64,000 nucleotides of DNA from Dehalococcoidia bacterium (GTDB taxonomy: Bacteria; Chloroflexota; Dehalococcoidia; UBA2979). The notes under the pieces were generated by a model, which saw nothing but the letters and a program-made list of their open reading frames with translations, made no database searches and was not told the DNA's origin. Below, piece by piece: positions 28,833-38,507 of the stretch (the stretch's first letter is position 1; every line of letters begins with the position of its first letter). The stretch is from assembly GCA_965219085.1 (NCBI GenBank), contig OZ244720.1, positions 1,120,001 to 1,184,000 of the forward strand, given 5' to 3'. A program made the translations under genes and the position numbers.

Positions 28833-29198
28833 TCACTCCTCAGGCTTCTCCTGGACGCACGCGGAACCAGACCGAACGAACGTCTGTGCCGCCTCGTCGC
28901 TGATCGGGCGCCCCGTAGCCATCGCAGCGCTCCACGCCAGGTAGTCGTCGAGTGATGCGTTCTGCTCCCACCAGTCGAAGATACACGTGCACTGCTCACG
29001 GTCGGCACCCTGGGCGATGCAGCCGTCGACCATCCCGGCCTTCATCACGGCTGGCCACGGCACTACCTGATCGGTGGCCTCGACAGCGCCGCGCTCCTCG
29101 TCGCCCGAATGGTGCAGGTGCCCATAGTGGAGCCCCATCGCAAGCCCGATGAGCCCGGCGTTTATGGCGAGCAGAAGCAGGTAGTGGCGCCAGTTCAC
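28833..29198 (-). CDS. Small membrane-anchored protein with C-x9-C-x-C motif
   Basis: GTG start overlaps upstream stop (GTGA); N-terminal hydrophobic helix; GCIAQGADREQCTC. Confidence 0.7.
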   Translation of the reverse strand: MNWRHYLLLLAINAGLIGLAMGLHYGHLHHSGDEERGAVEATDQVVPWPAVMKAGMVDGCIAQGADREQCTCIFDWWEQNASLDDYLAWSAAMATGRPISDEAAQTFVRSGSACVQEKPEE

Positions 29199-29482
29199 GA
29201 GCGGAACCACTCTTTGATCGCCTCGCCCCACCGCCACCGGATGAGGATGGCCATGGTGGTCAGAACCGCGACGACGATGGCCACGCTGAACGGCCCCAGC
29301 AGATCGTGCGGTATCAGGTCGGGAGCGAGCGCGTCGCTCCCGAACATGACACCGGCGATGACGAGGCCGGTGACGGCGCCGCCCACGGCCTCCCACCACT
29401 TCACCGATCGCGGCCGATCCCTCGCGCTGGCGTAAAACAGCACGGTCAGGATCGCCAGCGACACGATCAGGCTGGTGGCCAT
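29195..29482 (-). CDS. 95-aa three-TM protein, candidate immunity protein
   Basis: Three hydrophobic segments; starts 3 bp after the Cys-rich precursor stop. Confidence 0.72.
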   Translation of the reverse strand: MATSLIVSLAILTVLFYASARDRPRSVKWWEAVGGAVTGLVIAGVMFGSDALAPDLIPHDLLGPFSVAIVVAVLTTMAILIRWRWGEAIKEWFRS

Positions 29483-30138
29483 GGGCTAGTCCTCGAAGAA
29501 CTGCACGTGGCATACCACGATGGACGTGTACGCGCAGACGAGAAAGCACGCCAAGCCCCACAGTGCGGTGAAGAGGACGACCCACCGGCAGACGTTCCAG
29601 CACGTCAGGATTCGCACCGTCTGGCAGATCTCCAGCTCGCCTCGGGCGGCGGCTCCCGAACCGGCCGCATCAGGCGGCTGCGGTGTGCCAGACCACACGC
29701 CATCGGTGACCGATACGTCATGGCCTTTCCCCTTCATCCGAAGTGTCCCTGCGAACGGGCGCAGTGGTTGGCCGGACGCATCGTACGTCGTTGCGATGGT
29801 CGAGCGGACCGTCACCGTGATGTCGGCGCCCTCCACGAAATTGGTGAGCGCCGGGTCACTGAACGAGTTGTCACCGTCCAGCACGCCACTGGCGGTAACC
29901 GACCCCTGCTTCACGACGAGGGTGTAGCCCTCGTAGTCGCCAAGGCGTTCGTTCTGCTGCTCGAACAGCGTGATCACACCGTCCCGCAGGTTGATCACGA
30001 AGCGACTGACCTCGCTGTCGGCGAACTCCCATTCATCACCCACATCGAACCTGAGTTCGTTGACCTGACCCCTTGAAACGGGACCACCGTTGATGAGAGT
30101 CCTTTGGCCCATGAAAGTGGGCAGAGGAGGACATCACG

Positions 30139-30417
30139 GTGAAACGACGCAGGCACACGCCCGAGCAGATCGTGCGTAAGCTGCGGGAGGTGGAGCGGCT
30201 GCTCGGCGAAGGGCAGACGATCGCCGAGGCGGCGAAGCAGATCGAGATCTCGGAGCAGACCTACCACCGCTGGCGCAACCAGTACGGCGCGATGAAGGCC
30301 GACGACGCCAAACGGCTGCGCGAGCTGGAGCGCGAGAACGTCCGGCTGAAGCGGATCGTCGCCGACAAGGAACTCGAGATCGACGCGCTCAAGGAGATCG
30401 CCCGGGGAAACTGGTAA
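30139..30417 (+). CDS. IS3 transposase OrfA
   Basis: KRRRHTPEQIVRKLRE HTH, RLRELERENVRLKRIVAD zipper; GGGGAAAC frameshift window. Confidence 0.95.
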   Translation: MKRRRHTPEQIVRKLREVERLLGEGQTIAEAAKQIEISEQTYHRWRNQYGAMKADDAKRLRELERENVRLKRIVADKELEIDALKEIARGNW

Positions 30418-30446
30418 GCCCGTCGCGCCGGCGCGAGGCAGTCTGC

Positions 30447-31268
30447 ATGTTGCAGGACCGCCTCGAGTTGTCGGAACGGCGGGCATGCCGGGTCACCGGC
30501 CAGCGCCGCTCCACACAGCGCCGCCTCCCGGTGCGCGGCCGCGGCGACGACGCGCTGCGCGCGGAACTCCACGCCTTCTCGCGTGGCCACCCCCGCTGGG
30601 GCTACCGCCGGGCCTGGGCGACCTTACGCGAGGAGGGCTGGGGCGTGAATCGCAAGCGGGTGCAACGGCTCTGGCGCGAGGAGGGGCTGCGCGTCCCGGT
30701 GAAACGACGCAAGCGTCAGCGTCTGGGGGACTCGGCTCAGCCCGCCAGGCGGCTGCGTGCCGAGCGGCCGAACCACGTCTGGGCGCTGGACTTCCAGTTC
30801 GACCAGACCGCCGACGGGCGGGTCCTGAAGCTGCTCAACGTCGTCGACGAGCACACGCGGGAGGCGCTGGCTATCGTGGCCGCCAGGAGCATCAACGCCG
30901 ACGCCACGGCCTCAACGCTCGAGGGGATCGTCGCCCGGCGCGGGACGGCGCCTGGGTACATCCGCTGCGACAACGGTCCAGAGCTCACGGCCAACGCGCT
31001 GCGCGACTGGTGCCGGTTCTCCGGCACGGGCAGCAGCTACATCGAGCCCGGTGCGCCGTGGGAGAACCCGTACGTGGAGTCGTTCAACGGCCGGCTGCGC
31101 GACGAGTTCCTGGCCGTCGAGCAGTTCGACAGCCTGCTCGAGGCGCGGGTGCTCGAGGACTGGCGGATCGAGTACAACACGAAGCGCCCGCATAGCAGCC
31201 TGGGCTGGCTCGCCCCGGCTGCCTACGCCGAGCGCTGGGAGGCTCAGCAACACGCTGGACTCTCATAA
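30447..31268 (+). CDS. IS3 transposase OrfB (DDE catalytic core)
   Basis: WALDFQFD, IRCDNGPE, NPYVESFNGRLRDE. Confidence 0.95.
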   Translation: MLQDRLELSERRACRVTGQRRSTQRRLPVRGRGDDALRAELHAFSRGHPRWGYRRAWATLREEGWGVNRKRVQRLWREEGLRVPVKRRKRQRLGDSAQPARRLRAERPNHVWALDFQFDQTADGRVLKLLNVVDEHTREALAIVAARSINADATASTLEGIVARRGTAPGYIRCDNGPELTANALRDWCRFSGTGSSYIEPGAPWENPYVESFNGRLRDEFLAVEQFDSLLEARVLEDWRIEYNTKRPHSSLGWLAPAAYAERWEAQQHAGLS

Positions 31269-32596
31269 GCGGTGGTCTCGCGAAGGGGGTCCGGTCATCG
31301 TTATATGTGTCCTGGCCCTGCGGGCCGATGTGGACCGTTGTGTCGCGTCCTGCGGCGAGACTGTCCAGGTCTGCATCGGTGATGGTGGCCAGGTTGGCTG
31401 GGCCGAGAATGCCAGTCACGCTGTAGGTGTTGGTGCCATCAGTCTGCGTGATGCGGATCTCGTAGCCCGAGCGTGGGTGGTCGTGGCCAGTTCCGTGTCC
31501 TCGTCGACCTCGACGAGGTTGGCGCCCGGAACGATGCGTATAAGTTCGACCGGCAGACTCTCCCCGTCGCGCGTGATGTGCCATGGGGAGTTGGGGCGCG
31601 CTTCGATGGTGGTGTGCACCACGCCGTGGACGTTGCCCAGCCCAGACCTCACGGAGCCGGATGGGACGACAACGTTGTGTGTGGTCTGCTCGACACCACT
31701 CCCATCGATCGTGCGCGACTGATTGATTGGTTCCCGGACCTCGGTCGCATCGACATGGGTTGCCACCAGGACCTTCTTGCTGGTGGCGTCCACCATCGCC
31801 TGCATGTAGTACCCGTCGGCGCGGTTGCCCTGGCTGTCCACGTAGGACAGCACGAGGCCGACGAAGCGCTTACCGTCCCGCTCACCGCCGAGGAACACGC
31901 CTACGGTGTCCCCGATGAAGCCACTTTCGTGCGCTTCCAGGTTGCTACTGCGCTGATGCCGAACACCGTCCGCAACCGCAGCCCTGTGTGCCTCTGCGTA
32001 CTCGGACGAGGCGAGCAGGAGCGTGTAGGCAGCCTGTGCCTCAAGCGCCGTCAGCGGGCTCGGCTCGCTCTCAGTCGCGGTCGCGGTCTTGGCGCTGGCA
32101 GTCGCGGTCTTGGCGCCCAGCACGCCGGCCAGGGGCAGGACGGCTGCGGCGCGCGCAGCCTTGAATAGGAAGCGGCGGCGCGACGCGTCGAACTTGGTGT
32201 CCGACATCGCGTTACGTGCCAGTACGGCGATGCGGTAGGCACGCCGCATTCCGACGAGCTTTACGAGGTCGATGCCGACCCTGTACCCGGTGGTCGTGCG
32301 AGCGGAGTCACCATCGAGGTGGAGCAGCGTCGACTCAAACTTCCCGACGTACCCCTTGTAACGCTCGTCGTGCAGGCTGCCGATTTCGAGGATGGAGCCC
32401 TTGGTCAGTCCCTCGTCCTCGATTCGCTTGCCGAACTCCGAGCATGGAGCGCATAAGGCGTCCAGTAGCGGGATTGCTTGCTTCTCAATCCCTCCCTTTC
32501 GCTGCGGGAAGCAGGCGATCACATACGACATACATGGTTGCTGGCCATTTGTAAGCAGGCTAATGAGAGGGGTGTTGTTGTTCAGCAGCCTGTTAG

Positions 32597-33772
32597 GGAA
32601 GGTCTGAACAGGTGGCGTATCGGGCGCGGTGCGGGCCGATCGGCGTCCCGAGCCGCGCTGCGGGGGCCGATGCCGCGGTTCAGGGGGCGATCCCGCCCCG
32701 ATTCCGCTTCGGGATCGCCTGCGGGAGCGATTCCGGACGCAGCGCTCCCGCGATCAGGCGAGTTGAGGCTCGGCTCGCAACAGGTTCGTGAAGCCGAGCA
32801 GCAGCATGAGACGCTGGCGGTTCTTCTCAAGACCCCGGTAGCGGACCTGCGCGTACCCGAAGTGCCGCTTCACGTAGAGAAACGGATGCTCAGCCTTGGC
32901 GCGCACCGAGGCCTTGCGCCGCTCCGCCTGCGCCTCCTCGCCCCCCGGCGCCAGCTGCCGCCTGAGACCCGGACGCAGCGCCACCTGCCAGCTCACCTCC
33001 GACCCCGCGTGCTCCGGGCGCTTCTCCACTCCCTGGTAGCCGGCGTCGCCCCACGCCTCCGTCTCGCCCCCGTGCAAGAGGCGATGCGCCTCGGTCACGT
33101 CGGAGACGTTCGCCGCCGTCGTGCTCACGCTGTGGACCAGCCCCGTCCGCGCATCCGTGCCGGTGTGCAGCTTCATCCCGAAGTACCACTGCCGGCCCTT
33201 GCTGGTCTGGTGCATCTCGGGGTCGCGCGCACGCTCGCGGTTCTTCGTCGATGACGGCGCGCTGATGATCGTGGAGTCCACGATCGTGCCCTCGCGCACC
33301 TGCAGACCCTGCCGTGCCAGGTGCGCGTTGATCGTCGCGAACAGCGCCGTTCCCAGCTGATGGCGCTCCAGCAGGTGGCGGAAGTTGAGGATCGTCGTCT
33401 CATCGGGAATCGGCTCGGAGAGGCTGAGACCGGCGAACTCGAGCATCGAGCGGGAGTCGTAGAGTTCCTGCTCCATGCCGGGGTCGCTGAGGTTGAACCA
33501 GAGCTGCAGGCAGTGGATGCGCAGCATCACGCGCAGCGCGTAGGGGCGGCGTCCGCGGCCGCGCTTCGGGTAGACGGGCGCGATGCGCTGCTCCAGCTCA
33601 GCCCAGGGGACGAGCCCGTCCATGCGCTCGAGGAACGCCTGCCGCCTCGTCTTGACCTTCTTGTGCTCGTACTCGACGCTGCCGAACGAACGCTGCTGCA
33701 TGGGCCGCCCCTCTCCGGGTCGCCCCATGATCGCATCTGCTCACCCGCTCAGGCGAGTTGTTCAGACCATCC
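32597..33772 (-). mobile_element. IS5 family element
   Basis: IRs GGAAGGTCTGAACA / TGTTCAGACCATCC; TTAG duplicated at 32593 and 33773. Confidence 0.96.
32754..33701 (-). CDS. IS5 family transposase
   Basis: IPDETTILNFRHLL, GTIVDSTII, WYFGMKLH, WGDAGYQG, RAKAEHPF. Confidence 0.96.
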   Translation of the reverse strand: MQQRSFGSVEYEHKKVKTRRQAFLERMDGLVPWAELEQRIAPVYPKRGRGRRPYALRVMLRIHCLQLWFNLSDPGMEQELYDSRSMLEFAGLSLSEPIPDETTILNFRHLLERHQLGTALFATINAHLARQGLQVREGTIVDSTIISAPSSTKNRERARDPEMHQTSKGRQWYFGMKLHTGTDARTGLVHSVSTTAANVSDVTEAHRLLHGGETEAWGDAGYQGVEKRPEHAGSEVSWQVALRPGLRRQLAPGGEEAQAERRKASVRAKAEHPFLYVKRHFGYAQVRYRGLEKNRQRLMLLLGFTNLLRAEPQLA

Positions 33773-33799
33773 TTAGAGCGATGACTGGATCACTTCATG

Positions 33800-34050
33800 A
33801 GCCGACGTTGACAGTAGGCGTAACGGCTGTGGTCGGCGACGGCGACGTGCACGTAGTCGAGGCTGCGCGTGCGCGGAGTGGTCCGGTCACGGCCATGCAC
33901 GCGGTGCCCGCCGCCCTTGGGGATACGGCCGAGCTTGTTGACGTCGAGATGCGGCAGCTAGCCGCGTGCTCGTATCGCATCTGGCACCTGCTCACGCAGT
34001 GCGGGCGGTGGAGCGGGCGAGGCCCGAGCGTGTTGGCGATGCGGTAGCGG
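33800..34050 (-). pseudogene. Degenerate IS481-family transposase fragment
   Basis: Across frames RYEH...HLDVNKLGRIP..GGGHRVHG...DYVHVAVADHSRYAY; boundaries approximate. Confidence 0.72.
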
Positions 34051-34393
34051 CCAGAGTCTCCGCGACGTCGCACCGCCCAGCGCGCTGTTCGACCTCGAGT
34101 GGCGTGCGCCCGAGGCGGAGTGTGGGGCGGAGGTGCGGTCATCGGCGCCCGGCACGCTCTCCCCGCGGTAGCGTCGTACCCGCATGCTCCATCATCGCCT
34201 ACCGGTGACGCTGTTGAGCCCCGCCCGCAGCTTGGCTTCGGTACGGCGATTCTGAGTTCTGGGCGCTATCTGGGGTCCGATAACTTCTGAGGAACAACGA
34301 CCCCTCGCGCGGCGCCGGAGCCTGCGCTACGCTGGATCGGCGGATGCGCCAAGTCGCCGACCGGCGGCGCGCGAGGGACGGACGAGCCACGAC

Positions 34394-34600
34394 ATGAAGC
34401 TGCTCGATCGCCTGCGAGGTTCCGGACCCGCGGGCAACGTGCCCCCCGCGCAGACCTGTGCACATGAGAACCTCGTCCCACGCTGGCGCGGCCCCGAGGT
34501 CATGGACGACGACGCGCAGGCGATGGGGTTTGTCTGCCACCGCTGCCACAGCGAGTTCCTGCCCTCGGCGGTGGTGAACAGACGGCTGCGCCGCCGCTAG
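34394..34600 (+). CDS. Small putative zinc-binding protein
   Basis: C-x-H...CxxC; 68 aa; precedes the thioredoxin operon. Confidence 0.65.
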   Translation: MKLLDRLRGSGPAGNVPPAQTCAHENLVPRWRGPEVMDDDAQAMGFVCHRCHSEFLPSAVVNRRLRRR

Positions 34601-34640
34601 GCGGACGCGCGCCGGCCCACCCGGACGCGCCGGATCCAGG

Positions 34641-35822
34641 GTGAGTACCGTGACCAGCGCCACACTCCGCCTCGCTCGCGGCGCGCTCGCCGACCCCCTG
34701 CACGCTCGCGGTACGCTCGCAGGCCTCGCGCTCGTGGCCGCCGTCCTCGTGGCCTCATGCGGCGCCGGCGACGACGTGGGCGTCGCGCCCGACGGCTCCG
34801 TCACCCCGCAACGCGAACTGACGGGGCTGACCGCCTGGCTCAACTCGGAGCCCCTCACGATCGCCGCGGAGCTCGAGCAGGGCCGCGTCGTGCTCGTCGA
34901 CTTCTGGACCTACACCTGCATCAACTGCATCCGCACGCTGCCTTACCTGCGCGAGTGGCACGAGAAGTACGCCGGCAGCGGCCTCGTCATCGTCGGCGTG
35001 CACGCCCCGGAGTTCGACTTCGAGCACGAGGCAGACAACGTGCTGGCGGCGATGGACCGCCTCGGCGTCGCATGGCCGGTGGCGCAGGACAACGACTTCC
35101 GCACGTGGCGCGCGTTCGAGAACCGCTTCTGGCCCGCCAAGTACCTGTTCGGCGTCGACGGCCGCATCCGCTACTCGCACTTCGGGGAGGGCGACTACCT
35201 CGAGACCGAGGAGGAGATCCGCGCCGCGCTCACCGAGGCCGGTCACGACGTGAGCGCGATCCAGCTCGGCAGCGCCGCACCCGCCCGGGACCCCGACGCC
35301 GGCGCGCAGACCCGCGAACTCTACGGCGGCTACGAGCGCAACTACAGCCCTCGCGGCCTCTACGCCGCGCAGGACGAGTATTACGCCGCCCCGGACCTCG
35401 AGCTTGAGTACGAGGACATCGACACCACCAGGGGCGAACGCGACCACAATCGCTGGTACCTGCAGGGGCTGTGGCGCAACGAGCGCGAGGCGATCGTCCA
35501 CGCGCGCACGACGTCGAACTTCGACGACTACTTCGCGCTCCGCTTCGTCTCGCGCAGCGTGAACGTCGTGCTCAACCCGCCGCCGGGTGAGCCGTTCACC
35601 GTGGTGATCGAGCTCGATGGCCGCGCACTCAACCGCGAGGAGGCGGGCGCGGACATCACGTACGACGAGGCGGGCCGCAGCATCATCGTTGTGACCGAGC
35701 CGCGCGCGTATGCGATCGTGGAACTGCCCGAGTGGGGCGACCACGAGCTCAAGCTGCGCTCCAACTCAGACCACTTCGCGATCTTCGCTCTCACCTTCGG
35801 CAACTACCTGGAGGGCGCATGA
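34641..35822 (+). CDS. DipZ-like thioredoxin lipoprotein (no DsbD/CcdA domain)
   Basis: Lipobox VASC; LVDFWTYTCINC, GVHAPEF, WPAKY, HFGEG. Confidence 0.9.
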   Translation: MSTVTSATLRLARGALADPLHARGTLAGLALVAAVLVASCGAGDDVGVAPDGSVTPQRELTGLTAWLNSEPLTIAAELEQGRVVLVDFWTYTCINCIRTLPYLREWHEKYAGSGLVIVGVHAPEFDFEHEADNVLAAMDRLGVAWPVAQDNDFRTWRAFENRFWPAKYLFGVDGRIRYSHFGEGDYLETEEEIRAALTEAGHDVSAIQLGSAAPARDPDAGAQTRELYGGYERNYSPRGLYAAQDEYYAAPDLELEYEDIDTTRGERDHNRWYLQGLWRNEREAIVHARTTSNFDDYFALRFVSRSVNVVLNPPPGEPFTVVIELDGRALNREEAGADITYDEAGRSIIVVTEPRAYAIVELPEWGDHELKLRSNSDHFAIFALTFGNYLEGA

Positions 35823-37315
35823 CCACCCCGACCCACGACACCGCGCGGCGTCGCGGACGCCTCACCTCGTGGGGCGGCGCGCTGACGCTGCTGGCGCTGC
35901 TCGCAGGCCTCGTCGCCTTCGCCTGCACGAGTGACGATGAGCCGGCGCCGGAGGCTACGAGCACGCCGCGCGCCAGCACCCCGGCGAGGGCGACGCCTCG
36001 CCCCGCGACGCCAACCGCGACCCCAACCCCGACTCCTACCCCGACGGAGGCGGCGCGGCGCGACATGACCTCCTCGACGCAGCGGACAACCCCCACCGCT
36101 ACGCCGACGCCGCCCCCGGCGGCAACGGCCACGCCGCCGCTCGCGGCGACACCCCGGCCGGCCACCGCTACCCCGACGCCAAGGCCCCGACCCGCGACTG
36201 CCACACCGACCCCTGTGACGGCGCGACCCACCGCCACGCCCACCCCGCGACCTACGCCGACCCCCACTCCGACGCCCACGCCCGAGCCGCCGCGCGTGAC
36301 GCCCGAGGTCGAGGTCACGGGGCTTGGCCGGTGGTTCAACTCGGAGCCGTTCACCATCGGCGAACAGCTGTCGGCCGGGAACGCCGTGCTGATCGACTTC
36401 TGGACGTACACCTGCATCAACTGCGTGCGCACCCTGCCCTACCTGCGCGACTGGCACGACAAGTACGCCGAGCACGGCCTCGTGATCCTCGGCGTGCACC
36501 GCCCCGAGTTCGCCTTCGAGCACAACGCCGACAACGTCGAGGCCGCGATCGAGCGGTTGGACGTGGCCTGGGCGGTCGCGCAGGACAACAACTCCCGCAC
36601 CTGGCGCGCGTTCAACAACCGTTACTGGCCGGCCAAGTACCTCTTCGACACGACCGGGAAGATCGTCTACAACCACTTCGGCGAGGGCCGGTACATCGAG
36701 ACCGAACGCCAGATCCGCGCGGCCCTCACCCGTGCCGGCCGCGACGTAAGCAGCGTACCATTCGGCCGCGGCGACCAGGCGCGCGATCCGGAGCGCCGGA
36801 ACCAGACCCGCGAGCTCTACGGCGGCTATGGCCGCAACTACGGCAGCGTCCAGTACGCCGCCCAGCATGAGTACTACCTCGGCGGGGACCGCGTCGTGGA
36901 GTACGAGGACATCGACACCTCGACGACGTCACGCCAGAACCACAAGTGGTACCTGCAGGGACTGTGGCGCAACGAGCGCGAACAGATCGTGCATGCGCGG
37001 GAGACCACGAACCTGGAGGACTACTTCGCGTTCCTCTTCCGCGCGCGCAGCGTGAACGTGGTCCTCGATCCGCCCACCGGGACGTCTTACGACGTGTACA
37101 TCAAGATCGACGGCAGGCCGCTCACCGAGAGCGAAGCCGGAGCCGACGTAGAGTTCGACGCGGCGGGGAACAGCCTCATCCGCGTCAGCGAGCCACGCCA
37201 CTACGCCATCATCGAGTTGCCCGAGTTCGGCGAGCACGACCTGCAGCTCGCCTCGAACTCCGGCAAGTTCGGGATCTTCGCTCTCACCTTCGGGAGCTAT
37301 CTGGAGGGGCCATGA
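35819..37315 (+). CDS. Second DipZ-like thioredoxin lipoprotein with long Pro/Thr linker
   Basis: Lipobox AFAC; LIDFWTYTCINC; ATGA overlap with upstream paralog. Confidence 0.9.
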   Translation: MTTPTHDTARRRGRLTSWGGALTLLALLAGLVAFACTSDDEPAPEATSTPRASTPARATPRPATPTATPTPTPTPTEAARRDMTSSTQRTTPTATPTPPPAATATPPLAATPRPATATPTPRPRPATATPTPVTARPTATPTPRPTPTPTPTPTPEPPRVTPEVEVTGLGRWFNSEPFTIGEQLSAGNAVLIDFWTYTCINCVRTLPYLRDWHDKYAEHGLVILGVHRPEFAFEHNADNVEAAIERLDVAWAVAQDNNSRTWRAFNNRYWPAKYLFDTTGKIVYNHFGEGRYIETERQIRAALTRAGRDVSSVPFGRGDQARDPERRNQTRELYGGYGRNYGSVQYAAQHEYYLGGDRVVEYEDIDTSTTSRQNHKWYLQGLWRNEREQIVHARETTNLEDYFAFLFRARSVNVVLDPPTGTSYDVYIKIDGRPLTESEAGADVEFDAAGNSLIRVSEPRHYAIIELPEFGEHDLQLASNSGKFGIFALTFGSYLEGP

Positions 37316-38412
37316 TCCAGCTACTCGCAGGCCGCGCGCCCGCGCGACGCTTCGCGCTCGGCGTGCTGCTCGCAGCCGCGCTCGCCTTCGCCCTCGCATG
37401 CGGGGGCGACGATGGCAGCCAACCCGGCGAGACCACCGACGCGGACGGCGGGGCAGCGACGACCACGCGCGCCACGCGCACGGCCACACCGGCAACAGCG
37501 ACCGGGGCCGCGACCGCCGAGGCAACCCAGGCAGCGGCGACAGGCCACAGCGAGGCGTCCGCGCCTCGGGCCGTGGGGGTGGGCGACGCCGGCTTCGACA
37601 GCGGCTACCCGCGCTTCGTCGACGAAGCAGCGGGCCTCACGGTCGTCTTCGGGACCCCGGACCTCGGCCTCGGTTCGCAGCGCGTCGCGTTCGTGGTCAG
37701 CGACAACCTCGGGCTCGTGAAGCTGCCGATCGTGAGCGTCACCGCCACGTTCAAGGGGGACGCCGAGGTCGGCGCACCCACGCTCGCGAAGTTCTACGAC
37801 TTCCCCGAGGGCATCCGCGGCATCTACGTCACGCAACTGGAGTTCGACCGCACCGGCGAGTGGACGCTCGGCGTCTCGTTCCCGCGGCCCGACGGGTCGA
37901 CGGGTGGGACGAGCTTCCCCGTGCAGGTCGCCGAGCGGACGCACGCCCCGGACGTCGGCGACGCGGTCCCGGCAAGCCGCAACCGCACGCTCGCTGACGT
38001 CGCCTCGATACACGAGCTCTCCACGGGCGCCGAGCCCGACCCCCTGCTGTACGCGCAGACGATCGCCGAGGCGCTTGAGGACGCCCGCCCGCTCGTCGTC
38101 GTGTTCGCCAGCCCGGGCTTCTGCACGAACGCACTCTGCGGGCCGCAGGCCGAGGTGGTGAGCATCCTGCGCGAGCGCTACGCAGGCGACGCGAACTTCA
38201 TCCACGTCGACCTCTACGAGAACCCCGAGGAGATCCGCACCGGCGGCCTCGACCTCGCGATCGAGACGCCGCTGCTCGAGGAGTGGGGCCTCGAGACCGC
38301 CGAGTGGACGTTCATCATCGACGCCGACGGCATCGTCGTGCATCGCTTCGAGGCGTTCGCCGCCGAGTCGGAGATCGAGCAGGCGCTGCGCGAGGTGATC
38401 GAGCGCTCCTGA
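37312..38412 (+). CDS. Lipoprotein with C-terminal thioredoxin-like fold (C-x4-C)
   Basis: Lipobox ALAC; VVVFASPGFCTNALCGP, FIHVDLY, WTFIIDADG; ATGA overlap. Confidence 0.82.
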   Translation: MIQLLAGRAPARRFALGVLLAAALAFALACGGDDGSQPGETTDADGGAATTTRATRTATPATATGAATAEATQAAATGHSEASAPRAVGVGDAGFDSGYPRFVDEAAGLTVVFGTPDLGLGSQRVAFVVSDNLGLVKLPIVSVTATFKGDAEVGAPTLAKFYDFPEGIRGIYVTQLEFDRTGEWTLGVSFPRPDGSTGGTSFPVQVAERTHAPDVGDAVPASRNRTLADVASIHELSTGAEPDPLLYAQTIAEALEDARPLVVVFASPGFCTNALCGPQAEVVSILRERYAGDANFIHVDLYENPEEIRTGGLDLAIETPLLEEWGLETAEWTFIIDADGIVVHRFEAFAAESEIEQALREVIERS

Positions 38413-38507
38413 GCCCGCCGCCGATTGCCCGGCAGCGCGCGCCGTCGCTGTAGCCTTCGCTGCGCACGCCGCGCCCCGGCCGGGGCGCGGCGAACGGCGA
38501 GGGCTCG

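Larger units (their letters stand above)
30061..31297 (+). mobile_element. IS3 family element (IS407-like)
   Basis: Ends TGACCTGACCCC / GGGGGTCCGGTCA; 4-bp target duplication TCGT; orfA and orfB. Confidence 0.96.
29486..32531 (-). pseudogene. CxxC-domain/Tat-motif precursor with Cys-rich C-terminus, split by IS3 and one frameshift
   Basis: Removing the IS and one TCGT restores the frame (...QDTYNELRFDV...); frameshift near 31470; SRRRFL motif; C-x7-C-x3-C-x13-C-x3-C-x7-C tail. Confidence 0.82.

Noticed and set aside
32207-32207. Start of the Tat precursor at MSDTKF
   Set aside because: The upstream 108 in-frame codons contain a CxxC domain-like sequence and there is no clear RBS at this ATG; the longer start is preferred but uncertain.
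34254-34290. Possible IS end (GGGGTCCGATAACTT) marking the right edge of the accessory region
   Set aside because: No partner inverted repeat or target duplication found.
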